Source of the DNA: Somniosus microcephalus
Taxonomy: Eukaryota
NCBI GenBank assembly: GCA_052327205.1
Contig: CM126214.1
Coordinates: 170,252,001-170,316,000, forward strand
Length of the DNA stretch: 64,000 bases
Reading direction: 5' to 3'
The notes below the pieces were generated by a model. That model was not told where the DNA came from, did not search any database, and worked only from the letters and a program-made list of their open reading frames with translations. Below, one piece after another: positions 12,326 through 24,549 of the stretch; within the stretch, counting starts at the first letter, position 1; each line of letters starts with the position of its first letter. The position numbers and the translations under genes were made by a program.

Positions 12326-13617
12326 CAGATGCAATTTTGCCCCAACAAATCAACCTATGTGCTACCAAAGAAAATTAGAACCTAATAAATAATAAGTTAG
12401 TTTAGGTGTGAAGAAATGAGGGAGAAGGCTGGTTCACTGCTGCATTTGTTCATTTAACTACTTTGTTGCCTTTGGGAAGATTTAGCTGTCAAGTTAGTAC
12501 GTAAGAATCTTTTTGTCTATAATTGGGTTCTAAAGGCGCTTGAGTTTTTTTTCCAATGTTCTGTAGTTTTACAGTTCAACAATTCGCCAAAGAAATCTAA
12601 ACGTGAAATCTGAAACGGCAATCATCAAAACCTATAATGGAGTTTGAGAAATGTAACATTAAATAAGTGCAGGAATTCAAGCCAAAATATCAAATGAGTG
12701 CAGAAAACCTTTAAATCGTCCCCCTTTTGCGACCAATCAAACATCTTCACTTCAAACAGAGGGGAAAAAATGGATAGTGCAGTTATAATGAAACCGCCAC
12801 CCACTCATAGGCTAAACAGCTCAGGCTTTCACTATGAGAAGCAGTGGAATGTGCCTTGCAAATCAATAGTTGCATCTCTGGTCACAAATCACTGATTTTT
12901 TTCAAACAATTTTCAGGTATTGTAACTTTCACACATCTCTTATAATGCAGAAATTCTTGCTGTTACTTTCAAACAAGCTTCTTTCCCAAATGCCACATCC
13001 CTGTGGAATTATGTGATGTAACTATCAAAAAAATATGACTGCTGCTGTGAGAGCAACCTATCCCTAGCAGGTACCATTGGAAATGTACGTTGGAGCCAGT
13101 CTGTGATTTGTGGAGGTCATAAAACTCTTGACTCCATAGCAACTGAAAATTTAGATTCATTATGTGGTGCCTGACAGCAACCATTAACCCATGATAGATT
13201 GTCAAAATGCTCAATAAGGAATTTTTGTTTTCCAACTTTTTTTTTTGCATAGAAAAGCTCTTGGATAAGTGTTCAGTTGCTGTAGGGGATTTGTTACACA
13301 TCTTAAGCAGGGCCACAAGGGGTTTGCAAATCAGATTCTCTCACTTTATCTCAACTCTTGGACTCTTCAGATACCTTTTAATTCCCACAGCTCCGACTGT
13401 TGAAATATAGATCCACGATTGCAAATATTTGTAGCGATGGAAGATTTGCATCCAGTAGATGGCTTTATTGAGTCACCAGTGGGGCTGAAAAGCAGCTCCA
13501 TAAATTCCTGTAAAATCTCTCTCTCGAGCTCAGAATGGATTTTACATGCTTAACTTGACAAGTACACATGCTTTCAACAGCCATTCCCTATTTTGTAACA
13601 CTTTTTCTCACTCACAG

Positions 13618-13722
13618 AAACGTGCCAAGGGCCAAGTGCTGTTTGACCTGGTCTGCGAGCACCTCAATCTGCTGGAGAAGGACTACTATGGGCTTACATT
13701 CTGTGATTCTGAAAGCCAAAAG
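13618..13722 (+). CDS. EPB41L1: EPB41L1 exon, FERM-N ([35 protein letters not shown]), 105 nt, phase 0/0
   Basis: Acceptor ctttttctcactcacag|AAA, donor AAG|gtgaat; typical 4.1-family FERM-N sequence. Confidence 0.95.
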
Positions 13723-13819
13723 GTGAATTATGTAATTCTACTTATTACTAAATGTGATTGTTTTCCTCGGATCTTTTGAGCAATACGGTCAATCTGTCAT
13801 ACAGTAATACACACCCATT

Positions 13820-14450
13820 CAATGGCATTACCATAGTCTAATCCCCCTACCATAAACATCCTGGGGGTCACCATTGACCAGAAACTTAACTGGATCAGCC
13901 ACAAGTACTGTGGCTACGAGAGCAGGTCAGAAGCTGGGTATTCTGTGGCGAGTGACTTACCACCTGACTCCTCATCCACCATCTACAAGGCACAAGTCAG
14001 GAGTGTGATGGAATACTCCACTTGCCTGGATGAGTGCAGCTCCAACAACACAGCTTGATTGGCACCCCACCCTGCTTAAACATTCACTCCCTCCACCATA
14101 CTGCAGTGTGTGCCATCTACAAGATACACTGCAGCAACTCATCAATGTTTCTTCGACAGCACCTCCCAAACCTCTGCCACCAAGAAGGAGAAGGGGAGCA
14201 GTTGCACGGGACCACCACCACCTCCAAGTCGCACACCATCCTGACTTGGAAACATATCGAAGTTCCTCCTTCATCGCTGGGTCAAAATCCTAGCACTCCC
14301 TACCTAACAGCACTGTGGGAGTACCCTCACCACACGGACTGCAGCGGTTCAAGGCGGCAGCTCACAACCACCTTCTCGAGGGCAATTAAGGATGGGCAAT
14401 AAATGCTGGCCTTGCCAGCGATGCCCACATCCCACGAATGAATAAAAAAA
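13820..14450 (+). mobile_element. Non-LTR retrotransposon (CR1/L2 group) RT C-terminus and 3' end, about 100 nt downstream of the first exon in the window
   Basis: INILGVTIDQKLNW, IYKAQVRSVMEYS; 3' end GGGCAATAAATGCTGGCCTTGCCAGCGATGCCCACATCCC followed by A-rich tail. Confidence 0.82.
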
Positions 14451-15563
14451 TACTCAGAATTTCATTCATAATCCTACTATCACATTGGGGAACTGTTATG
14501 AGTGAGATCAGTTCACAAAGCACAAAGGTGAATTGTTTTTCTGAGGGTAGTTTGTAAGTTGACAGGTGCATTCACATTCCTGGCCTATCCCTTTAAGGAC
14601 ACGCAGTCTAATTGCTGTAAATAAGAACATCTTTAGGTCAATTAAAGTTAAATGTTCTTGTAGAAGGAATTTTGCAGAGCTGGTCCCTTTCTCCATGTAT
14701 ATGTACATCATTGTTTTAGGCCTCTCCTTTTGCTTCTGTATCCATGATCTGCTGTCTCACAGCTTAACATCATCTGGCTTGCTTCCCTTAGCCAACTCCA
14801 GCCCACCATCTTGCATTAAGCATGTTGGCTCCATTGTTATCACACCCCTCAAGCCAACTCCTTGCTCTCTTTAAAACTCACTATGCATATTTTATTATTT
14901 CTACTAATAGTTGGTATTTAATTACTGTGATCTCAAACCATAATTTACTTCGGGGAAAATCACAAAGTACTAAGGGAGTACAAGCCATTTGGAATAATCC
15001 TTGATTCACAAGTGGTAGATCGAGGTAGATCAGTATCTGAAATTTTAAAATACCATTTTAAAGATTCAATGCTAGAGCAGTCACCCCACTCACTGGCTTA
15101 AGCAGCATTATGCAAGACAGGCCCGATAAGTGCAGAGTATGTTTGTGCATGTCTCATGGATGTGTGGGATGCATGTCAGTCATGGCTGGCTTCAATCTGG
15201 GACAAAATTCCAAGAGTTTGAGATGCTGGATAATTGGACTTAACATTGGATGGACAGATACATTTGTTGGTGTTTTGTCATGAAACACAATTCCGATGAT
15301 TTATTACCCAAAGTGCCAATTCAGCCCTGGTAAAACCTTGTGGGAAAATACCTCATTTGGATTTTTCCACTCACTGACCTCCTCCCACCCCATCCTACCC
15401 AGTCTGAATTTAAAATCATCAAAAAAAAAGAGACTGATGCAAAAAATAAAGCCAGCCTCCCCAGACCACAAGATAACACATGTCCCAACCCAGTAGATTA
15501 GCAGGGAATCCAGACACTGATCAGCCACCAGGGGAGTCTGACTTGATTTAACACAGATATATA

Positions 15564-16055
15564 TGCCGGAATTTTAAGATTTTGACCCGCCAGGAGCGGG
15601 GAGGCCCGGAAGTCTGGGTTTCCCCGCACTGCACGCTGTGGAGTTTTAACTCCAAAGTGTGCATGAGCCGTCACGGACGGATTCCCTGCCTGGAAGTCAA
15701 CCTGATTGACCGGCTGGCTTCCAGTCAGGCGGGGAATGCTGGAGAAGAGGCCGTATCCCCATAGGTGCAAGCCCCCACCCCAGGGTTTGGGGGGGGGGTG
15801 GGGGGAGAGGAGGGGTGAAGGTCCAATCCCCGGGGGTGGGTCCAATACCGTGGGGGGGGGGGGGGCTGATGGTGGGGGGGCCGTGAGGAAGCACTCCTGC
15901 TCCTCCCGGCCCACAAGGAGTGCTCTCCGAGGCTGTCCTCGCCTCGGTGCAGCTGCCGAGACCCCGGCCGGCCACAGTTAAACCGGCACAGCAGGTTAAA
16001 TATGCGGCTTCCAGCCTCATTATAATACTTGAAGTGCCAACCCACCTTCCGGGTG
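15564..16055. mobile_element. Truncated Harbinger-like MITE with G-rich core
   Basis: Left TIR-like GCCGGAATTTTAAG; shares CTCATTATAATA(C/T)TT and GCACTCCTGCTCC motifs with other copies; right TIR not found. Confidence 0.55.
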
Positions 16056-16621
16056 ATGATCCCTTCAGTTTTGATCCCTCTTCCCATGAGGAAGTACTTG
16101 GGCTCTGCCAGGTATCTCTCTCAATGACACGCCTGACGTTATTTGGAAAATTGCTAGCACAAACTCACACAGAATGTGTGACACAGCACGTGGGAACAGT
16201 AATATTCTGTGTACTGCACCACTTGTAATGGAACAGAAAACAATACAAAGCTTCAAGACAACTGCAAGTGCAGCATGCCATAGAAAGATTTATTTGTAAT
16301 TGCCCGTGGGAATAATGGGTGCGAATCCATATAGGTCAGATAATCAAGACTGAAGAGATCTGCTTAAAAGAAGTGATGAAAAAATGGGGATTTACCTATT
16401 GGTGAATGTACATTTCTCACCACCCATGAAGGCTTTCGACTATCATTTCATTTACAGTCATACATACTTTTGATTTCTCAGCAGCAATAGTTTGCATTGC
16501 TATTTTCATGCAGTCAAATGATCAGAGCTATTGTGAACATTTTTAATTTCAAAAATTGCATATTCAAATATTTATTGGGTTTTAAATTTGAAAAATGCAT
16601 GCTTCTAATTGCTGTTATAAT

Positions 16622-17370
16622 GGCCGGAATATCCCCATTAAAATACAGGTGGGTTTGGAGCGTGGGGGCAGTTAAATTGTTAAAAATGTGAATCCCGACC
16701 TGATCCCGTCTCCAACCCGACCACTTCTGGTTTTAGTGGAGGCAGGATGGGCAGGGGGACGCAGGCAGCCAACCCGCTGCCAGGGGGCTTTACCTCAATT
16801 TAAATATTATAATAAGGCTGGAAGCCTCTATTTCTCCCCCCCCCCCCCCCCCATTTTGTTTTTAACTGCCTGTTGGACGGGTTTCTCAATTCGTGAAACC
16901 CAGCAGTTAAACCGAGGTGGAGACTGCTGCATCCAGGAAGTAAGTGGCTTTATACCTAACTCCTGGATCCAAGGTCCTTGCCTAACCCACCCCCAGCAAT
17001 CGGAGACAGCCCCACCTCCCGCCATACGGTCTCCAATCACCCTCACCCTCGCCCTCCCCTACCACCCGATGAGGAGGACCAGGACCATTCTCTGATCATT
17101 TCCGCCCCCCCCCCCCCCCCCCCCCGGCCCAAATGCCGATCCCCTGCCATTCCTGCAACACAACAACCCACCCCCCCCACCCCCAACCCAGCTGATCCCG
17201 ACCCACATCCTGTTGATCTCTCCCCTGGACCGACCTCTCGCAACAATTAAATCGATGGGGCTTGTGGGAAAACCGGCCTCCCGGATTTCTTGCCCACCTT
17301 GGACCTTTTTTTCCCTGCCCCCCCCCCCCGCCACCCCCCAAAACCCACCTCCCTGAACAAAATTCCGGCC
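16622..17370. mobile_element. PIF/Harbinger-like MITE with C-rich core
   Basis: TIR GGCCGGAATAT ... AAATTCCGGCC; TSD not preserved. Confidence 0.7.
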
Positions 17371-17838
17371 GAAGTGTTTCGCAGTGCCACAGTTTTTTTC
17401 ATTTTTAAAGCGTGTCTCAAACTATGACTCCTTGAAGTTATCACAGTACCTGTGACTTTCGTTACAGCAGCAGGCATATTTGTGGCGTCCTCATCACATT
17501 TTGGCAGTTTAGGTTTTTTTCGGTTTATTGATAGCATAAAAATGATAACACTTGCTTAAAGACTGATTACTGACTCCATTTTACAGTCTTAAGTTGAACC
17601 ATTTTGACGGGTAATATTTATACATTAATGAGACCACTTGGCAATGACAATTAAACTTAAGGGCCTATAATTATGTATTTAATTATGAACTTTATAAATG
17701 GCACTATTGCAACTTTAGATGTTATTAACAGCTGTAATGGAATGTTGGTCACAGGCAATGTTGCCTCTTCAATGTATGAAAATTTGGGTGCATGAAAATA
17801 TATGTGCTGTCTTTGTGATGATATTTTTGTATTTTCAG

Positions 17839-17881
17839 AACTGGCTGGACCCTTCAAAAGATATAAAGAAACAAATTCGAA
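17839..17881 (+). CDS. EPB41L1: EPB41L1 exon (NWLDPSKDIKKQIR/S), 43 nt
   Basis: ttttgtattttcag|AACTGG...CGAA|gtgagt; phase 0/1 fits neighbouring exons. Confidence 0.95.
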
Positions 17882-19971
17882 GTGAGTCTTTTATGTCTCT
17901 TGGAAACAAACATTAAAACCATCCATTTACTTCAGAAGCTGTACTGAGCAATACATTCAATTTTTAGTGTATTTCATCAGCTTTTAACTTTTGGCCACGT
18001 GCACAGAACTGAATTTGATGTGTGATCGTTCTCATATACAGTAAAGCCCACTTATTGCCCTCTCTCTTACTGCCATGTCTCTAACTGTCGCTTTCATTTA
18101 AAGTTATTATTCTCTTCAATAGATTTGCTGTCCTTCCAGATTTGAAGCTGTCACCTTTCTTAGGATGAGTTCACCTCTGTCACTCTATTCCATTTTTAAT
18201 GCACGTGTCATTGTCATTTTCTTGTCACTTTTGTACATCAAGCCTTCTGTTGCTTTCGGTTTTGCATTTTCACAGTCGGCATAATTGGTTTATTTATCCA
18301 TGCATGTAAAGCAGACAAACTCTATATTCTTCTTTCTTCAGGCAAGACTCAAATTGATTGGAGTCAGTTTGGTATTAAAATACTGAAGCCTACCTTTCTG
18401 AACTAGGTTTGTTTTTATGAAGTGCATGAGAGTAGATGTTGACACATCCTTCCCATTTGAAAAAGGGATAGAAATTTTAATTTTAAACTAGATTGGCTGC
18501 TAAGTTAGTTTTGTTTTTTAAAAAAAGAGGCTGACCTGATGCACGTACTCAAATCGTTTGCGATATCTGTGTCCTTATTTTCTGTGCAGACTGTTGTGCT
18601 CTGTGCAGAGTGTGTATAATCGTGCAAAGGTGGAGAGCTGAGGTAGATTTGATCAAGAGATCGTACTGCAGACTGTACCAAATTTATCTCCAGTTATTAA
18701 AAAGCATCATTTTCAAGGTGAAATGACATTTCTGAGATCATCTTTCTCATTATTATAACTCTGTCCCATCATATATTGTATGGAATTCTAATGCTCGATG
18801 AACAGTCATACAAATTCAATCTGAAGCCCAAACTGAGATTTACACCTCAGGAAATCTAAAACAGAATGTTCAACATTTCCCTTTTTTCAATCATTGTAAA
18901 AACAAATGATGTGTCATAGTACAGTACCTGAGAACTGGTGTTATGCAGACAGGTTGGGTTTGTTGGTAATTTAATTTGCTTTTTCAACAAAGTTCTGTTT
19001 TAAAACCCTTTTATCTTGTGCTTTTTAAACTTTAATTTGCCTTGATGATTTTAACAGTCACTGAATATATTCTGTCTCCCATTGCCATGTGCTCTACTAT
19101 AATTATTTTGACTATAAATTAGTTGAATTTGGCCATTAATTAATTAAATTTCTTTTCTGCAGAGTATCTTGAAGAAAAGCCCCAAATAAAATTAGGATGC
19201 TTTATAGTCTTATTTTATAGGATAATATCTTATTTCTTCAAATGTAGGAGGAGGAATAGCAGAATAAAAGATACAGCTATTCAAACAGGAATATTTTGCA
19301 GTAAAACATTGACCGTGAAAATCATTAGCCACTTGCAGATTCTAACGATTCCATAATAGAACTGGTCTTGAAGAACAGCACAATCCGTCATAGATCATAG
19401 TCTTGATTAGAACATGAACTGACATGGCTGTCTAGTATTCATAACAGAAGCAATACATTTTCAAAAGGTGCAGAGACCCACAATTTTGGAACAAATCTTT
19501 TCCACAGCTGCTGATCCGTACATCAAAGTGAAAGGTATTGTAAGTCTGTAAACTGTGCTCCCTCCCCTACCTGTGATGCGTCTGGGGCCAAGAATCCAGA
19601 AATGTAACTTTAACCACCTTTTAATATTATCTCAGAGAAAATGTTCCTTTTTTCATTCCAGTCTTTAAGGTGTTTATAGCATTGGGATAGAATGCAATGA
19701 AACATCCTCAGGGTTGTTTATTAATGGTGTTGTTTGTAAACAATAGCACTTTTTTTTTCTCTGCCAAGTGAAAGTACTTCATTTTCAGGGTTTAAAATGC
19801 ACCAGTTTTTCACTGGCTCTGCATCTGGCAGTCCATTCCAAGGATGGAAAGGCTGCTTCTGCCTTTCTTTTCAGCATTTCACAATGTAGTCGTAGTCAAG
19901 GCTATGAACACAATCCCTTTTGGATTATCCTTCATGCGTTCTTTCTGTTGTTGGCCTTCCTTTCTCTGTAG

Positions 19972-20047
19972 GTGGCCCTTGGCATCTTGCATACACAGTC
20001 AAGTTCTATCCCCCAGATCCAACCCAGCTGTCTGAAGATATCACAAG
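19972..20047 (+). CDS. EPB41L1: EPB41L1 exon ([26 protein letters not shown]), 76 nt
   Basis: ccttcctttctctgtag|GTGGC...ACAAG|gtaagc; [12 protein letters not shown] motif; this frame is absent from the ORF track. Confidence 0.95.
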
Positions 20048-21234
20048 GTAAGCTTAAACAATTATTGATTCATGAGTACACGTGATGCCATTCACTCATT
20101 CCTGAATATATGCATGTCTAAATGTTATCTTTCGTTACCCATATTCCTTGCATTTTTAAGGGAGCACATTTTTCTCCAAGTTACATCTGCCATTTTTAAA
20201 AATGAGGATATCTCCTGGAGCAAGTAGCACAATTAGGAAGTGTTTACATTTACTAAGTCAGTTGTACAGCTCTGAAGGTTCTCTGAGATGTTGGAAAAGG
20301 GGCAAAAAGGACGTGCTTTGAAGTCGTAAGTCAAGTTTACCCACATAGAGCATGTCTGCTTCATGGTATTGACATTGGTGTGATTAATGTGTATTCAGCT
20401 TTGCCATGACCTGACCTTTTCTAATTCCGTCTCTCTTGTGATTTTGCCATGAAAACGTAGAAAAATAGGCTGATATATATTTTTTAAAGCAGTGCGTTTG
20501 GAACACAACCAGATGCACAGACACCAATGCTAGACAACTGACACACTGTAGTGGGATAGCCTTGACTGATGCCTTTCAAGGGTGCCAGCTATCCTTTTCG
20601 CATGCCATGTGGCACACTGGTTTTATCTATGTTCATTTGTTAGAAAAACCTGAATCAATGGTTGGAATGCAATGAAGGCAAGAACTTGCCACTCAGAATA
20701 TGTTACCGTCTCGGTTTAGGCGCAATCGGAGAAATACAAAGACCAAAAAAAACATTTTTCATTCGTGTTTTCTTAACAAACGCACTCTCCCCTATAGCCA
20801 AGAGGGCAAGGCATTGTGTGCTAATGACTTTTCAACGCTTGCTGTGTGGTAAGGCTGCTGGAGGTGCGACTGAAACCCCATAGCTGAACAGTGATCATTC
20901 ACCTCGCCCCTCCTTGTCCCCAGAGGCAGAGCTTCGCACTTTTGTCTGATTCTGCATCTAGCCGTGCAGCTGAGAAGTTCAGAAATCCGCCAAGCTGAGC
21001 CAAGTGAGAGTGTGAAGCAACACTGAAACATGAACCCCTGACCTTTTTGCTTTGCAGTCAAATGTTTTTAACCACTTGAGTGACTGGGATTTCCCCCATC
21101 TTCTCATGAACATGCTAAAACTGGTTTGTTTTGACAGAGAATTGCAACAAAATGCTGCAAAAGGTTAAACGGTATTATTAGGTACAAATATAAAAATGTG
21201 TTTTGAATGTAATTTTTCCCCTGAAAGGATAAAT

Positions 21235-21620
21235 TCAATATTTTCAAGGGGAGACTGTGGTGTATGTAACCTGTTCCACCTTAAGAGAACTACCTTAAGA
21301 GATGTACTACTTTCTCTTGGCTGCTGTATACTGTAATACCGGTGGTGACCACACCGGTATATAAACGTTGTGTAGTGATTTGCTGGGCAGTTCAGCCCTG
21401 ACCTCCGAATAGTAAAGACCTGTTAAAGTTATTCTTGTTGTCTGTGTCCAGTGATTTATAATAAGCATAACTGGGACACACAGACTCAACAGAGACTGGA
21501 TAGGCACTTGAGGGAAATAAACTTGCAGGGCTACGGGGATAGAGCGGGGGAATGGGGCTGACTGGATTGCTCTGCAGAGAGCCGGCACGGACTTGAGGGG
21601 CTGAATGGCTCCTTCTGTGC
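21235..21620 (+). mobile_element. CR1 3' end split by the solo LTR
   Basis: Removing the LTR and one TSD restores FKGRLDRHLREINLQGYGDRAGEWG* and the 3'UTR hairpin GGGCTGAATGGCTCC. Confidence 0.85.
21256..21491 (+). mobile_element. Solo LTR (236 bp) inserted into a CR1 3' end
   Basis: TGT...ACA termini; perfect 5-bp TSD GAGAC at 21251-21255 and 21492-21496; TATATAAA near 21358 and AGTAAA poly(A) signal near 21411. Confidence 0.88.
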
Positions 21621-21824
21621 AAATATGACTCTTTATGAAGAAGTACTTCACAAAGAGCAAGAGCAGTTGTGTGTCATTTTCATCAGCCGCCTCATGGCCA
21701 AATGACATGACAATACATTTCTGTGATTGATATTTTATAAACTGGCTCTATCAAGACACTGAACCTTTTTTGTGCTCGGCAAAGTAAGAGATGTTAGTGC
21801 TGGGAAATAGAACACTTTCCATTC

Positions 21825-22147
21825 AGGAACCCAGTGCTTCTGGGTCAGGTATGGTACAGCCAGATGCAGAGTAAAGCGCTCTTCACCCTGCTCCGACGAT
21901 GTGCTTCAGCCCCAACCTCCGAAGAGCATTTTCTCCTCCCTTTCCACCCACCCCCACCACCCCCCCCCCCCCCGCCATTTTTCTCACCACTTAACCATTA
22001 GTACCAAATTAATGACACATACCCACGCTCATTCAGCCCTTACAGCCAGGAGATGGGAAGGACTTTAATGCCCTCAGCCTGGGCTGGATTTGAAACCAGG
22101 TCCCAGAAGTGATGGGCTAATGTCTGACTCTTTGTACCACCCAGTTC
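21825..22147 (-). mobile_element. LF-SINE-like ancient tRNA-derived SINE
   Basis: Minus head ...TCACTTCTGGGACCTGGTTTCAAATCCAGCCCAGG resembles the LF-SINE head; 3' part GGCTGAAGCACATCG...GCTGTACCATACCTGACC. Confidence 0.55.
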
Positions 22148-22315
22148 TCTCAGTGGCACTTTAATGAAGGCTCTTATTTTAGCGATACAGGAACAATGCT
22201 GTGTTGTGTTTCCAGACTGGTGAATGTCAGTGTACTGGAACAGGCTTGCTGTAACCTGGTATTTGATGTACGTTGTCTCACAAGTGATTACTTTATTGGC
22301 TCTGTTCTACTTCAG

Positions 22316-22534
22316 GTATTACCTATGTCTGCAGCTGAGAGATGATATTATCTCTGGGCGATTGCCTTGCTCTTTTGTTACACATGCTCTATTGGGCTCC
22401 TACACTGTTCAGGCAGAACTGGGAGATTATGATCCCGAGGAACATGGACCTGACTATGTCAGTGAGATTCGCTTTGCACCAAATCAGACAAAAGAACTCG
22501 AAGAACGGGTGGTGGAACTACATAAGAGCTACAG
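22316..22534 (+). CDS. EPB41L1: EPB41L1 exon, FERM-M ([43 protein letters not shown]...LHKSY/R), 219 nt
   Basis: ctacttcag|GTATT...TACAG|gtaaga; FERM central lobe. Confidence 0.97.
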
Positions 22535-22559
22535 GTAAGACACTTTCTACATTGTTCAT

Positions 22560-24518
22560 AGAAACATAGAAGATAGGAGCAGGAGTAAGCCATTCAGCCC
22601 CTCGAGCCCACTTCTTGAATATATTTAATGAATTGGCCTCAACTGCCTTGTGTGGTAGAGAATTCCACAGGTTCACCACTCTCTGGGTGAATAAATTCCT
22701 CCTCATCTCAGTCCTAAATGGCTTACCCCTTATCCTTAGCCTGTGACCCCTGGTTCTGGACTCTCCTGCCATCGGGAACATCCTTCCTGCACCTAGTCTG
22801 TCTAGTCCTGTTAGAATTTTATAAGTTTCAATGAGATCCCCTCTCATTCTTCTAAACCCTAGCATACATAAGCCTAATCGACCCAATCTCTCTCCATACG
22901 TCATTCCTGCCATCCTAGGTATCAGTCTGGTGAATTTTCGCTGCACTCCCTCCATGGCAAGAACATCCTTCCTCATAAGGTGACCAAAACTGCACACAAT
23001 ACTCAAGATGTGGTCTCGCCAAGGCCCTGTACAACTGCAGCAAGACATCCTTGCTCCTGTACTTGAATCCTCTCGCTATGAAGGCCAACATACCATTTGC
23101 CGCCTTAACCGCCTGCTGCACCTGCATGCTTACCTTCAGCGACTGGTGCACAAGGACGCCCAGGTCTCGTTGCACTTCCCCTTCTCCCAATCTATAGCCA
23201 TTCAGATAATAATCTGCCGCCTTGTTTTTGATAACCTCGCATTTATCCACGTTATATTGCATCTGCCATGCTTCTGCCCAATCACCCAACCTGTCCAAAT
23301 CATACTGGAGTTTCTCTGCATCCTCCTCACAGCGCACACGCCCACCCAGCTTTGTGTCGTCTGCAAACTTGGAGATATTACATCTAGTTCCCTCGTCTAG
23401 ATCATTAATATATATTGTGAATAGCTGGGGTCCAAGGACCGATCCCTGTGGTACCCCACTAGTCACTGCCTGCCACTCGGAAAAAGACCAGTTTATTCCA
23501 ACTCTTTGCTTTCTGTCTGCCAACCAGTTCTCTATCCAAGTCAATACCATGCCCCCAATCCCATGTGCCTTAACTTTACACACTAATCTCTTATGCGGGA
23601 CCTTATCAAAAGCCTTTTGAAAGTCCAAATACACCACATCCACTGGTTCTCCCTTATCTATTTTACCAGTTACATCCTCAAAAAATTCCAGTAGATTAGT
23701 CAAGCACAATTTACCTTTTGTAAATCCATGTTGACTTTGTCCGATCCAGTCACTGCTTTCCAAGTGCTCTGCTATTACATCTTTTATAATGGACTCTAGC
23801 ATTTTCCCCACTACCGATGTCCGGCTTACCGGTCTGTCATTCCCCGTTTTCTCTCGACCACCTTTTTTGAACAGTGGGGTAACATTAGCTACCCGCCAAT
23901 CCATAGGTACTGTTCCAGAGTCTATCGAATTTTGGAAGATGACCAGCAATGCATCCACTATTTCTAGGGCCACTTCCTTAAGTACCCACTTAAGTTTACC
24001 AACAGTCCCCGCTACACCACAGAGAGCTTGGAAACTATAAACCACAGAGTTTAAGTTTAAAAAAAGAGAGAAGTACTCACCAACCAACCAATCACTTACC
24101 TGCTTTCTGGTGACGTCACACTTCGATTACTTTTTACTTCTCTCCCTCCCTCTGAGTTCGGAGATTGGAGATTGATAAGCCTACCTGCGCTCTGCCACCA
24201 CTTTTAGACTCGCTCCGCCGCCGCTGTGGGGCCTACATGTGCTCTGCCGCCGCTTTTAGACGTGCTCCACCGCCGCCGCCTCACCCAGGTCCGCCGCTGC
24301 TGTGGGGCCTACCTGCGCTCTGCCGCCGCTTTTAGACTTGCGCTGCCTCACCTAGGTCCGCCGCCGCTGTGGGGCCTACCTGCGCTCTGCCGCCGCTTTT
24401 AGACTCTCGCCGCCGCCGCCTCACCCAGGTCCACTGCCGCTGTGGGGCCTACCTGCGCTCTGCTGCTGCTTTTAGACTCGCTCCGCTGCCGCCGCCTCAC
24501 CCAGGTCCGCCGCCGCTG
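22560..24518 (-). mobile_element. Internally deleted CR1 LINE: 5'UTR tandem array fused to RT region and 3' tail
   Basis: RT motifs YLDFQKAFDKVPH, SGVPQGSVLGPQLF, FADDTKL; (TTCTATG)-type tail at 22560; TSD GTTCAT at 22554-22559 and 24519-24524; ORF1 and endonuclease missing at the junction near 23988. Confidence 0.9.
24178..24517. repeat. GC-rich tandem array (about 5 units of 50-76 bp) forming the CR1 5' end
   Basis: Unit GGGGCCTACCTGCGCTCTGCCGCCGCTTTTAGACTCGCTCCGCCGCCGCC(TCACCCAGGTCCGCCGCCGCTGT). Confidence 0.9.
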
Positions 24519-24549
24519 GTTCATTCCCCATTAATAGATCCAATAGCGT

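Noticed and set aside
1-13617. Upstream EPB41L1 exon encoding the FERM start (..VTLLD.SEYECEVE)
   Set aside because: Not found by eye; presumably upstream of the window, so no feature is called
15498-17341. Overlapping Pro/Gly-rich ORFs (also 61189-61853 and 6471-6680)
   Set aside because: By-products of GC-rich MITE/LTR sequence and poly-C/G runs; no domain motifs
24178-24517. Repeat array superficially like a CRISPR array
   Set aside because: Units are tandem with no unique spacers, there are no cas genes, and the array is the 5' end of a TSD-bounded CR1 in a vertebrate intron
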